Under the pieces are notes generated by a model, which saw only the letters and a list, made by a program, of their open reading frames with translations, was not told where the DNA came from and made no database searches. Position numbers and translations under genes: made by a program. From a virus (taxonomy: Duplodnaviria > Caudoviricetes), in the IMG/VR virus record IMGVR_UViG_3300030330_005834, positions 32,001 to 96,000 of that record: 64,000 bases of DNA, one strand, 5' to 3'. Positions 28,698 to 40,500 of this stretch are shown in pieces (the first letter of the stretch is position 1; every line of letters begins with the position of its first letter).

Positions 28698-28988
28698 ATG
28701 AAAGATTTAGAATCATATATTGGCGAAGCAATAAAGAATATCAGGAGTGATCGTGCGATTACAACAACCCTTTTGATGGAATTGATGGAATATATGAAAA
28801 AAGACGAAGACAGAAAAGAATCCGTTGGAACAATTGCGGCAAAATACGTAGAAACACTACAAAGATCAAATGAACAGCTTGTAAAAGTAAGCGCTCTTCT
28901 CCAAAAGAAAGCGGGATCAGAACAGGGCTTAACAGATGAAGACAAAAGCGAATTGTTTGACCTTATAAAGGAAACTGGCAATGGCTAG
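28698..28988 (+). CDS. Helical/coiled-coil hypothetical protein
   Basis: 96 aa, first gene after the sigma factor and putative late promoter. Confidence 0.65.
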   Translation: MKDLESYIGEAIKNIRSDRAITTTLLMELMEYMKKDEDRKESVGTIAAKYVETLQRSNEQLVKVSALLQKKAGSEQGLTDEDKSELFDLIKETGNG

Positions 28989-30573
28989 GTATTTAGAGGA
29001 AAATATACTAAATGTTGGTTTTGGAGTTTTAAACCCCCTTTCAGATACGATGACTGGGAAATATTTTGATACCTCCACAACGACTTCTTTGGAAGCGATA
29101 AAGAATGCGACTATAGATTTTTATTCTGAATCAGTGCTTGAAAAGGCGGGAAGATTTATGGGGATCGTTCTTAGGGTTGATGGAACCACAAGGCAAGGGT
29201 TTCTAAATTTAAATTCGTGGGCTGCTGTTACAACGCAAATGGTTAATAAGTCCACTAAAAATGAAGCCCCCGACCTACTTCAAATAAGGGTAAGAATACC
29301 AGAGTTCCACGCACATCTGCCAGTTCCAGAAAGCCTCCCAGATGGATCTGTTCTGGACCCTGCTCACAATGTAATAAACATGTATCCTGTGTTTTTGGCA
29401 GAATCAGAAGCCCTTAGTGCCACTCCTCCTGAACCCGGATCTTTAGTTTGGGTCGATTTTCAAAACAGGTCCACCCAAAGCGGTCCCGTGTACTATGGCT
29501 TGGTATCTGGGGGTGGTCAAATCACACCCTCTAGAGGACAAGAGCTTGGAAATGCTTCCGATGCTTTCGCATCTGCCGGGGGCACAGTTTCGGATTCAAG
29601 CCTAAACAGTGTTCAAATGGTCGATTATTCGTCCGACTTAACTATTGTTACACTATCCACTGCCCAGCCTGTTGCTCCCCCCGGATATGTTTTTAAAAAA
29701 TCTAGCTTAAGAAAGTTGAGAGAAAATAGAGTTAGAAGGTTTGCTTATGGAAACTGCAAAAGAGAGGGACCCGGAATGGTTCCACTCCCCGGAGGAGCCA
29801 AAGCTCATCCTCTTCTTGCCATCAGGCTTGAGGGTCTTAATGAATTGTGGAGACGTTATGTATCAAGAAACGATCTCTTGGGTAAGAAAGTAGCAAAGGG
29901 CAATGGAAAGGGAGTAGAGGAGATAACTTCAACCCTACATGTCACCAGTGGATTTAGAGATAAAAAATCATATTCATTAGATAACCAAGGCTTTAGGAAA
30001 TGGTGTAGGTCTGTTGAAAATTATTACAGAAAGAGAGATAGAAATTTAACTTGTAGACAAGCATCTGTTTTGAGAGCGTTTTCATCTCCCCACGAAACTG
30101 GCTTGGCTATAGATTTTGGAAACAATGGCTTGGCACCCGTGTCAAAAACAATGTCAACACAAGCAAAAACACCAGCTTTTGTATTTTTAGTAAAATATGC
30201 TTGGCTATTTGGTTTTTACCCATATAACGGAGAAACGTGGCATTGGGAATTACAGGTCCCTAGAGAGTCTTGGAAAACCGGAGAAGAGTTCGTTGGAAAC
30301 CCGAAATATGGAGATTTAGAACCGTTAAAAATCACTTCTTCAGATCCTATAGAGGCTGACCCCTTTTCATTGTTGGGCGGACTCGCAAATACTTTTTCTG
30401 GACCTGAATATGATTGGCTAGCTGGAGAAGAATTCCCCTATGCCATTTGGGTTGACGAGAAAGTAAAAACTACTGGAATTAAAACAGCAGATGGTTCATT
30501 CGCGGGTATTAGAACTTGGAAACCCGGCGCGGAAACTTTTAGATTACCAAGGGGGATTGGAGCAGATGCCTAG
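28981..30573 (+). CDS. gp5-like baseplate hub OB-fold protein fused to an M15 (VanY-like) peptidoglycan peptidase
   Basis: GIVLRVD...IRVRIPE.H...PEPGSLVWVDF....SGPVYYG (gp5/VgrG OB-fold pattern); VTSGFR, SPHETGLAIDFG, FGF.PY..ETWHWE (M15 Zn ligands). Confidence 0.72.
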   Translation: MARYLEENILNVGFGVLNPLSDTMTGKYFDTSTTTSLEAIKNATIDFYSESVLEKAGRFMGIVLRVDGTTRQGFLNLNSWAAVTTQMVNKSTKNEAPDLLQIRVRIPEFHAHLPVPESLPDGSVLDPAHNVINMYPVFLAESEALSATPPEPGSLVWVDFQNRSTQSGPVYYGLVSGGGQITPSRGQELGNASDAFASAGGTVSDSSLNSVQMVDYSSDLTIVTLSTAQPVAPPGYVFKKSSLRKLRENRVRRFAYGNCKREGPGMVPLPGGAKAHPLLAIRLEGLNELWRRYVSRNDLLGKKVAKGNGKGVEEITSTLHVTSGFRDKKSYSLDNQGFRKWCRSVENYYRKRDRNLTCRQASVLRAFSSPHETGLAIDFGNNGLAPVSKTMSTQAKTPAFVFLVKYAWLFGFYPYNGETWHWELQVPRESWKTGEEFVGNPKYGDLEPLKITSSDPIEADPFSLLGGLANTFSGPEYDWLAGEEFPYAIWVDEKVKTTGIKTADGSFAGIRTWKPGAETFRLPRGIGADA

Positions 30574-31552
30574 TAAAAGAGCACAGCCGAAAAATGATAT
30601 ATCTTGCCTATCAGATAAACTAAAAGAAAAACTAGACGGTCTATCTCAAGCAGATCGAATGAGATATTCTGGCTATGGTAACGGTAAGAAAATAGAGCCA
30701 ATTCCAAATTTTATTCAAGCTCCATGTGAAAAAGTAATCAGCGGAGAAAACAACACTTGGATCACTCTTGGAAGAGATAGACCGGGATCAATAGCGACAG
30801 GATATGGAGGCTCAGGTGATTCACACGCAGGAGCTATCGATATATGTGTTGGCAGGGCTGGTCGCCAAGTAAAGGCAACCGATACAGATTGTACAGATAA
30901 AAAAACTGATGATTTAATTTTGGATGGGTTATTTAACGAAGGCAAGGTGCCTGAAGAATTGCTACAGGTTAACAACGATTTTTTGACAGACGCCGCTAGA
31001 ATATATATAAGCCAAAAAACAGATATTGATTTTAATTTTGGTATTTGTCCGGGTAAACAACTTAGTCCCAAACCTAGATCGGCTATTGCTATGAAAGCTG
31101 ATCTTTTAAGATTTGTAGCTAGAGAAAATATTAAAATTGTAACAAGAACTGACGATAAAAACTCATTAGATGGGGCTGTTGATGTTGTTGGAGGTATTGA
31201 TTTAATCGCGGGAAATGTTGACGATGAATTACAACCAATGGTCAAGGGAAATAATCTTCAAGAACTTTTACAATATATAGTAAATGATATTAACAGAATT
31301 GCCAACCATTTGCATCAAGTAAGTCTGGCAAACCAATCTCTTCAGACGGTTGTTATGAATCATGTTCATGCGGGACCCGGAGCACCATCAGTGGAGGTTC
31401 AAATTGGAACAGCGATTAAATCTATTCAAGACTTGATTGTTGTTTATCCTACACAAATTGTGCTGGCGATTAACGCTTTATTGGAAGATTTTGAATACTT
31501 AAAAAGATATGGCACTAGATCAATTTTAAGTAAAAAGAACAATACTAACTAG
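30566..31552 (+). CDS. Baseplate spike protein (gp5 C-terminal beta-helix-like, HxH apex motif)
   Basis: Beta-strand repeats (ARIYISQKTD, AIAMKADLLRFVARENIKI), QPMVKG..L..LL, NHVH at 31358-31369; start likely ATG 30566 after GGAG. Confidence 0.55.
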   Translation: MPSKRAQPKNDISCLSDKLKEKLDGLSQADRMRYSGYGNGKKIEPIPNFIQAPCEKVISGENNTWITLGRDRPGSIATGYGGSGDSHAGAIDICVGRAGRQVKATDTDCTDKKTDDLILDGLFNEGKVPEELLQVNNDFLTDAARIYISQKTDIDFNFGICPGKQLSPKPRSAIAMKADLLRFVARENIKIVTRTDDKNSLDGAVDVVGGIDLIAGNVDDELQPMVKGNNLQELLQYIVNDINRIANHLHQVSLANQSLQTVVMNHVHAGPGAPSVEVQIGTAIKSIQDLIVVYPTQIVLAINALLEDFEYLKRYGTRSILSKKNNTN

Positions 31553-31564
31553 AAAGAATATATT

Positions 31565-34500
31565 ATGGCAAATAACGATTTTTATTTCAAAGTCAAACCA
31601 GAAAGAAGCGCACACGTTAAAGCAATTTCCTCCATAAAGCTTCCGTTATTTGAAGAAGATGATGGCGGCATATTTAGAACCTACGTAGCCAATATAGGCG
31701 TCCCCGGTACGGGATATACAGCAAAGACTATAGCAAAAGAAGACGATGACGGCTCTGTGATCGAAATAAGCGACGGAAGCCCATGGCTCCAAGACACCTT
31801 TGTTAGCTTCGAAGAAGCTCAGGAAGTGGGAATGGAAGCCGCCATAGCAGAATTTATTGATAAGAACTCCACCAACTCCCCTTGGAACCCAACCTCAGAC
31901 ATGTCAGGGTTTGTTACTCCCGAAGAAGCATGGGCATATCGATACGGATCCGATACGGAAACAACTCTTCATTATAGTAGAAACAATACTAGCTTCCAAA
32001 CAATTTTTTGTGAATGGGATAGAAATAAATTTACAAACTTTGTCATTGAATCATTAGTTGGAAAGGCTCTCCTACAAGCCATAGCTTATAATTATTTTGG
32101 ATACCCCGTTAGCAATGTAAACAGGTTCATTGATTTAAATCCGGAAGGCTCCGCCGCATCATCCTCACCTTGGCTTGGAAGAATGCCCAACTTTGGCACC
32201 AATGCTGACCCTCTCGCGCCAATCCCTCCAGAAAATATGGATTTAGGACCCGCACAGGATGGTATGCCGGGTTTCACAGGAGTCAGCGTTGTTGGAGATT
32301 TCACTATTATTGGAGATTCTCGTGGCAAGGTAAGCGAAGACATTGCTGGATCAGATCCCTATAATTCAGGAATTAAATTTCTCCAACTCTATGACGTTGA
32401 GTTCTTAAGGGCAAACACAGAGGATTTGTTTTCTAGATACGTTAATATGTTGGGGGCAAATAGACCTATGCATAAGCAATGGGGCTTCATGGGGGCTGTA
32501 TACAATTTCCATAAGTATTATACAAACTCATATGTTTTTGAAATTAGGGGTTTCCCCGGAACCAAGAACCCATTCGGAGACAAGACCCCAAATCTTGCCA
32601 AGCCCACTCCTGTAAACCCAGCGGGTGAAGGGGTATCTGGTACTCCGTTCGAAGAAAACTTTGAAGAAAACAAATACAAGGGTTATACAAGTGGTGAGTG
32701 CCCTGATTCAAATTATTATGAAATGCTAAATGCACAATACAGCATTATGGAGGGCACAGACCTAGAAGAACCGGAAGTAAGTTCGCAAAAAGGATATCAT
32801 AACCGTGCATATAACTCCCCATGGCAACCTCTTACTCCGACACGAGCAAAACTCTGGTTTCCCAGCATGAAGACTGCTTTGACAAGGAATCCTCTTCATA
32901 CAATTATGGGATGCCCCTCTGGATTTCGTACAACAGATTGGTATTATAATCAACTCGATCTTGAAGCCCTTAGTGGAGGATCAATTAGTGCTGAAGAACT
33001 TAAAGAGGATTCATACACTGCTAGCTTCAAGACCAATAATTTGGTGTCAATGTTTAAGTTGGTTCCCGCAGGTACACAACCAAAAGATCTACAGCTTTAT
33101 TTGGACAACCCACATCTTACCATCAATCATATCACCCCAAAAATCTTGAGTTATCTAACTCAAGTGGTACCTAAAAATCCCAGATACGCAGGTCCAAAGC
33201 CAGTGACTGAAGAGCCAGACGCAAGGACAGAAAGGTATGAGCCACTTCCTTTTGAAAAGCCTTGGCACCCCATCGAGCCACCCGAAGGTGTTCATACCGA
33301 AGAGCAAGCGGAAGAATACAATAAGAAAGTAGGAGATATGTCAAACTGGTTTGACACACAGAGGGTTTTAAGTGGAAGTTTTTTTGAATTTCAAGCGGGA
33401 CGAAAGTGGACAAACGCGCCAATTTTGGCTAGAGATCCTAGAAGGCAAATCCCAAACCCGGATGGAAAAGGGGGTCTCATTGAAAACACCAACTATGAAA
33501 AGTTAAGCACTCCTGAAGTAGGTAAGTTTATTGATGTTACGGCAGGAAAAGTCGGTACAAATGAAAAGTGGATCGCATCTGTTCCAAAGAAAAACATTGA
33601 ATATGCGACAAAGTTTGGTCTATGGAATAATGATTGGATTGGAGGAGGTCCAGTAAAACATTGGAAAGATGATGGATCATATCAATCTAGAACCTCCGAA
33701 GCTACTGGAGTAACTGGTGGGGGCACAAATGCCGTATCTTGCGGCGGGTTTATGCTTTTGCCAAAAAACCCAAGAACGATTTACAGCATGATTGACTCTC
33801 TTCCGTCTTATGGAACCGGAAAAGCAGATATAGCCATGTTCTTGGACAGCAACGCTTCCCCGCTAGCCATAACTAAGATGCTATCCGACTTGTGGGTTTC
33901 GTATCATTTTGCCACAAAACCAAATGGAATGGGTTGGCAAGGAGATTTTTGGAAGGAGCACTTAGGTCTTTTCACCTTTATGCCCAGTCCACAATGGAGC
34001 AAAGAAACATTCTTAACTTTTAGAACAAACTTTCAAACACAAGATAAAATTAAAGGCTTAAAGGACTCTGGGGCAGGAGATAAAGACACAGTTAAGAAGC
34101 TGTACGGAGGAGTGTCTGAATTCACTGATAACCACTATGATGATGTAAAGCCCCTGTTATATTCAAATGGTCCAAGGCTGCTCGGGGGTGAAATGATATA
34201 TGGAAAAGCATATAATGATTACCAGCTTAAATATGCTGGTTTCCCGTCGTTTAAGATTTCAACATACCTAGAAGAGACTTTGGGCGTTGAAGGGATGGCA
34301 AAGCATTTGCTAAAACACCCATGGGATCAAGATGAATCCAAGTTTATGCTTTTAACTGGCAAGAATCCAAACAATATGAATACTGTGAGTACGTCAGGAA
34401 TGGCGCAAATTGTTGAGAATGCCTTGACTTTCGACCTAAGTGAATTGAACATGTTTAAGAATACTAATGTTCCTATTTTTGTTAATAGATATTCTCTTTT

Positions 34501-37500
34501 GGAATTTCCAATATGGAGGTGGAAGCGCGGCGGAGATCAAGGATTCGCAGACTTAGACGATATTTCTTGGGGCAAATTAATCGAAGATGGCAATCAAACA
34601 CAGTACACACAAGAAGTATATGATCTTTGGACTCCATATATCGAAGAAAATCCGCTGCTTGTGAATCAACCTAGAGAATGCATTCCAAAATGGGTTCACT
34701 CTTTAAGTATATACCCCACCGTAAAACAAGATGCAATTCAATATGGGTTGGTACCCGGAAACCTCCCAATGAGTGCTCAGACAGTAAAGTTCTCAGCTTG
34801 GGACAACAGCACCGAGCCATATCTAGAAGCCGCCGCACAAGGAAATTGGAGTGCCTTTGAGACAGAAGATGGAAAGCCTCTAGGAATTGATACTGGATAT
34901 TCCAAAACAGTGTATGATAATCAAATAGTCTTTTCAAAAAAATCGTATGTTATTGGAGAAGAGGGGGAGGGCTTTAACCAGTTCGGAGACACCAACCCAG
35001 TAGCCCAGTATCAAAAAAGCTGGATCGAAGGAAAAGGTGGTGAGTTTGCCGACTACATTGACTCACAATTAAGAACGTACAAAACCACAGACTCTATCTC
35101 AAAAGCTTGCAAGCCTTGGATGGTCTTGGAATATAAGACAAATTGTGATATTACTGATGCGAATTATAGGCAGATGCTGGATATACCGTATGTTGATCTA
35201 ACTTATGCTGTCGAATTAGAGATTGACGATGCGGCACTAGTGGTGGATCTAGTAAAAATGGGAATTGTTGGTCTCGCAGGGTCTAGTGCTGAATACACTG
35301 CTTTGGGAATAAACCTTGATGACCTTTTCCTAGCAGCGTTTTCAAACGGAGGATCCAGTTTATATTCAAAATCTTTAAGTGATGCTTATCTTAGTTTTGA
35401 ACAAAAAATACTTGGAGGAGAATTTGCGGGTCTTGAATTTGATTTTGGAGCATTTCCAAATCTAGATGTAACTAAAAATTTGAGTAAAGAAAAAGCCCTT
35501 GAGATTGTAGCTGGTCTTTCGAGAATATTCGCACCCTCTGGCTTAAATCCGGACTACCTAAAAAGATTAGAGGACAATTACGCACACATAAGAAATGTTC
35601 CAAAAGTAGATGCTCCAATTAGCAGTTTCATATGGGACAAGGCAATGCCTGAAGAAGTCGCAATATATTCCGCCCCCGGCACTGGAAGCCCTATTATAGG
35701 ATATGTGAAGAATTTTTCAACTGTCAAGGTTCTTAAAGAGTGGGTCAACGGAGGTAAGAAAAGATCCGCCTCCATAGGTACCACAACTTCGGGAGAATGG
35801 AATAAAGTACAAGTAATAGACCCAGATGCTGGAGAGATGGACGAGGTAATTGGGTACATAAGACCACAAATCCTAAATGCTGTAATTAAAGACTTGTTTA
35901 TGCACTCAGGTGAACCCGAATTCAGTTCCGAAGCATATTTTAAACAAATTTATGATAAAAACACCCCCGGAGCCTCAATGATATCCGGTTATTCATCGGC
36001 TGAAATAAAGCCAATGTCAGAAATGGCTAAAGCATTAATCCCCACTTGGTGGAAGATGACTGAGCCTTATTACCACTTGGGAGACGGAGAGTATTGGATA
36101 ACTGTTGAGCTTAAAGGTGAAAATTGTGTTGTAGATGACAGTGACTTAGAAGAAAAGAAAAAAATAGCTCAAAAAGAGGGAATCAAAAGTCTTTTTGATT
36201 TTTATACTAAATCTTATACTGATAAAGATGTGGACAATTTGGCAGATGCTTATTTGGCATCAAGGGTGGATGACTATCATTTGGATCTTAGACCCGGATC
36301 AAGTATTAAATTTTTGGTAAAAGTTGGAGCAATTTATTTTAATTCTTTTTCTGATACAGAGTTAAGCCTACAGCAATTAAGAGGTAAAGCCGAGAATCAA
36401 CTAACATTAAATGAAAAATATTATACAGATCATGTAACTCAAGCTTTGTTTTCTTTAAATAAAATGTATCTTGAAATTTTTGCTTCAAAATATGCTTTAA
36501 AGGGAGTAGATCTGCTTCAAGAGATGAAGAGATTAGAACAAGTTCCTGTTCTAGTTAAAAAGTTCTTGGCTATCAACGGCGTACAATTGGGAACTCCGGA
36601 CGAGAACACTATAGAGATTGGGTTAAACACAGAATTTAAGATAGTCTATATAGCTTACAAAAAACATGATGAAACTGAATTTAAAGTTTTAAAAATTGGT
36701 GTGGACCACTTTAGAAACTTAAGCCCTCTTAACAATACAAACACGATGAGTCTTTTCTATCATCATCGCTTGTTGAGAAATCCCATGTTAAAATGGCAAG
36801 ATATGGTAAAATTGTATCTTGTAAACCCAAAGCCGGAAATCATAGAAAAGGATTTAAATAACATGGGCGGTCTTCCCTCCGCACCTTGCAAACCTTTTAC
36901 CTTTGTTCTCCCCCGTTGGGAAGATGTTTTGGGACCAATAGCTGCCCAACTAGATAAAGCACTTCAGCTGGACCCACGCTTTGATCTTGGGTCGTTCCAA
37001 TTTAGTTTATTAAAGTATTTTCCTCCATGCCCCAAGCCCCCTTCTGGAATCGGAGATGCGGTCTTGCTTGGAGAATTTGATGTTAATGGCGAAAAATATA
37101 CATTTGAAGATGTGGAAGCTTTAACAGCGTTTGGTGCCATCGCCGATGGAGAAAAAATCCAAGAATATGTAGGCGACTGGCTAGCCTCATCAGGTGCTCT
37201 AGAGGATATTCAAAGCAAAATAATTGATTTGGATGATCTCTTTGAGTATGTATTGGATTACATTGATCCGCCCACCTTATATGCTAAGATATGCAAATGT
37301 TTCTTAGATCAAATCGGTATAGATACAATATCAGTCCCAAATCTTGAATTGGATGCTAACGCCGGATCTGTCGGGGCAAATGTAAAGCCAAATTTAGGTT
37401 CATCAGCTCTATCTGGGGAAAATCAAGCTGAAATTGGCTATGAAGTGAAGGGACCAACGGCTAGTGTAAATACTGATCCGAAAGATTTAGAGGCATCCGA

Positions 37501-40500
37501 CCTCATATGTTCTTTTTGTATGGAAATACCCTCTTTCTTTCTGAGGCTTCCAACCACAAATTTATTAGATGAGCTTTTAAATGCCCTATTGGCAGTTTTA
37601 GAATTTATCTTAGCACAGCTATTGTTGGAACTTATAAAGGCATTATTGGACCTCTTATTACAATGTCCAGAAATAACCTGTCCAGTTGGAGAAAAGAAAG
37701 TAAAAGATTACGGAGGTCAAAACCTCGGCGATATATTCACCGCCCCAGATTTGCCTCCTGTAGACGAATATTTTTCAGAGTGTGGAATATTAATAGATGG
37801 AAACAGCGTGACTGGGGATGATGTAATAGAAATGATGACAAACATCTCTTCAAGATTAAGTTCCGGCGAGGTCTTAGGGTTGCTTGGTGGGGGAATAACG
37901 GATACAATTTTGACCGTTGCAGACGAAGAAATATCAAAATATCCAGAAATAAAAATTCAACTTAACAATAGGTCAAGAATAGAAGATTTCTTTACGTGCG
38001 CTGGCTTGGGTCTACCAAAACAAACCCTCGCGGATATTGAAGACGACATAACGGACACGTATGAAAATCCAGAATTGTGTACTAATTTGTTGGCAGATGC
38101 TAAGGCGCAGTTATCGGAAAGATGTGGAGTTAATGATTTATTAGACTCCTCCGCAAAAAGAGCTTTGGAATTTGATATAGATAAATATAAGGCTTTAGCA
38201 GACGCGATTAGAAACAACCAAGATCTAAGCACACAATTGCCACCAATGTTTGGAGATTGCTTAGGAAATCAAGGTGTGCTATCTGGTTTGCCAAATCCAA
38301 CTATGGATCATGCGATAAATAAAACTGTTGAGCAAATAACAATACCGATCAAAAACGCGCTCAACAACGACTTAAAAAGACTAAGACAAACTGTTTTGGT
38401 TAGCAGAAACCCAGTAACGGAATCTATGCTTAATGAAAGCTTACCCGGCGCATTGCTTAAATTGCTAACAGGACCAAATAAAACTTTTCAAGATAAATTG
38501 TTTCCTGCAGGATGGATGGCTGGCGGATATTTGTATACCCCAGCAGGTGTAACTCCTTATTTCCCAGCAGTTAATCTCGCGTTCCCTTCTCGCGGCGTCC
38601 AGATACCAAAAAAGAATCCCAAAACAGGAGAAGACGAACTTGGAATTGACGAAGTTCTTCAGGACCTTGAACAAAACATAACCATCAAGAAAGGCTCCGA
38701 AGACAGTCCCTCTTCTGTTGTTACGGTCAAAGTAGACGAAGAATCAGAGGTTATGCTGGAAATGGTGCCTCCAGAGGAGGATGAAGATGGAAATCTTCAA
38801 TATGAGTATAATATGATCACGAAGATCAAAACTCAAGATATGTTTGGAATTCCATCTGACAGCAAACAGACAATAGATCTGACAAGGTTGGACAAGAATA
38901 CAAAGCTTATACCAATGGTCCTGAAAGAACATTTAGAACAGTATCCGCTTAAGAAGGGCTCCCTCCTTCCACCACAAGCGCAGTATTTTTCACAACTAAT
39001 TATATCCAACATACAGTCGGGTGATTTTCAACTTTCCGAAGAAAATGCCGAAGCCTTTGAGTCTATTTTTGCAAATGACATCTATTGGTCAGTCTGGTCC
39101 TCTGTCATGGATACTCTCGCGGAATCTATGGCAAATGCGGAATTGGTACAAGATTATGCAATTGACAAAGAAGATGACATCTTGGATAGCTTTGATCCAC
39201 TCATGTTGATTCCGGGCTTAAATTTGATTTTTGCCTCTTTAGCAGCCGCAGAGGAATTAGCAGGCGGAAGCTTTGATGATTCCTTCATAGCAGGCTTATA
39301 CAGGGGGACTTTCTTAAGAAAACAAATGACAAGACTAAAGCTTGAGTCCGATGCCAAAGCCGATGGTTATGGATCGCAATTGATAGATTTTGAGGCAGTC
39401 ACAAAATTAGTACAAGATAATTACGATTTTTCAAAGTATCACGATCCCAACAGTGATCAATTAGGCATGCCTCATTACGCAATTTTAAATGGTTTAATAA
39501 ATTGCCTCATACAAGTGTTTACAGGCGAAATGTACATTAGGTCAATCGTGCCTTTGTCTAAGCTTCCAACTGACATATTGTTACAGGATGATTCTATGGC
39601 TGAATTGATTTATAGAGAGATGGTTCGCTTTATTGATAACAGTCCGGGCAACTTCAGGACTACTATAAAAGAAGTTATAAGAGAATTATTTAAGTCTTGC
39701 AATAGCGCTGGTATTCCATTCTCGTCAGACAATGTTGACGACCCCGAAGGAGGTCTCCCCGGAGTTGCCAAAAGCCAAACCGCCTTTGGCGAAACAAACA
39801 AGAGAATTGAAAACTGGGAAGATGGATTAAAATACTTAATCGAACAAAATCTTTCAAAACCAATACCCTATCTAGAAAACAAATTCAGCCAATTTACACT
39901 AAAGGGTTCCGGACTTGGCATTGGAAAAATAAATCCAGTTCAGGCAGTATCTTACCCTCTAATGTTACAGGTATATGACGAAGCTTTTGTAGATGGCATT
40001 GAGAATGTCTCAATTGGCTCCGCAAGTAGATTACAACTATTCAAGAATGGAAAATTCTTTTTCCAATATTATTTTGATATTGTGGATTGGGAACCCGGTG
40101 ATGAAAACTATGTTGAAGCTTTAGTTAATAGAGACGCAAAATTTAAAGGTATTTTAAGTGAAGATAATTTTGTTGAATTAATTTCTATGATGAGCGGAAT
40201 TCCATCGCTATATCCTCCAAATACCGCACAAGTTCAGCCACTTATAGCAGTTGATGGCAATGACCCAACCAAGGTTGAAGTAGAAAATACTGGTCCATCT
40301 GTTGCGGAAATGTTTAAAGAAATTAACTTTGGGGTTAGGTGGTGCTATGGGGCTGTCACTACAAAAGCTAAAGACGAAAACGACGAACCTATATTAAAAA
40401 ATCAAATAAAACCAGTTAAAGATATGTTTGATAACTTGTTGAAAATATTAGATTTAGACGGTGATAACGCATTGAAATTGATCTCTAGCGCTGCTACCCA

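Noticed and set aside
31545-31551. CTAACTA before the 3168-aa gene as a late promoter
   Set aside because: Mismatch to CTAnTTA and overlaps the upstream gene end; not counted.
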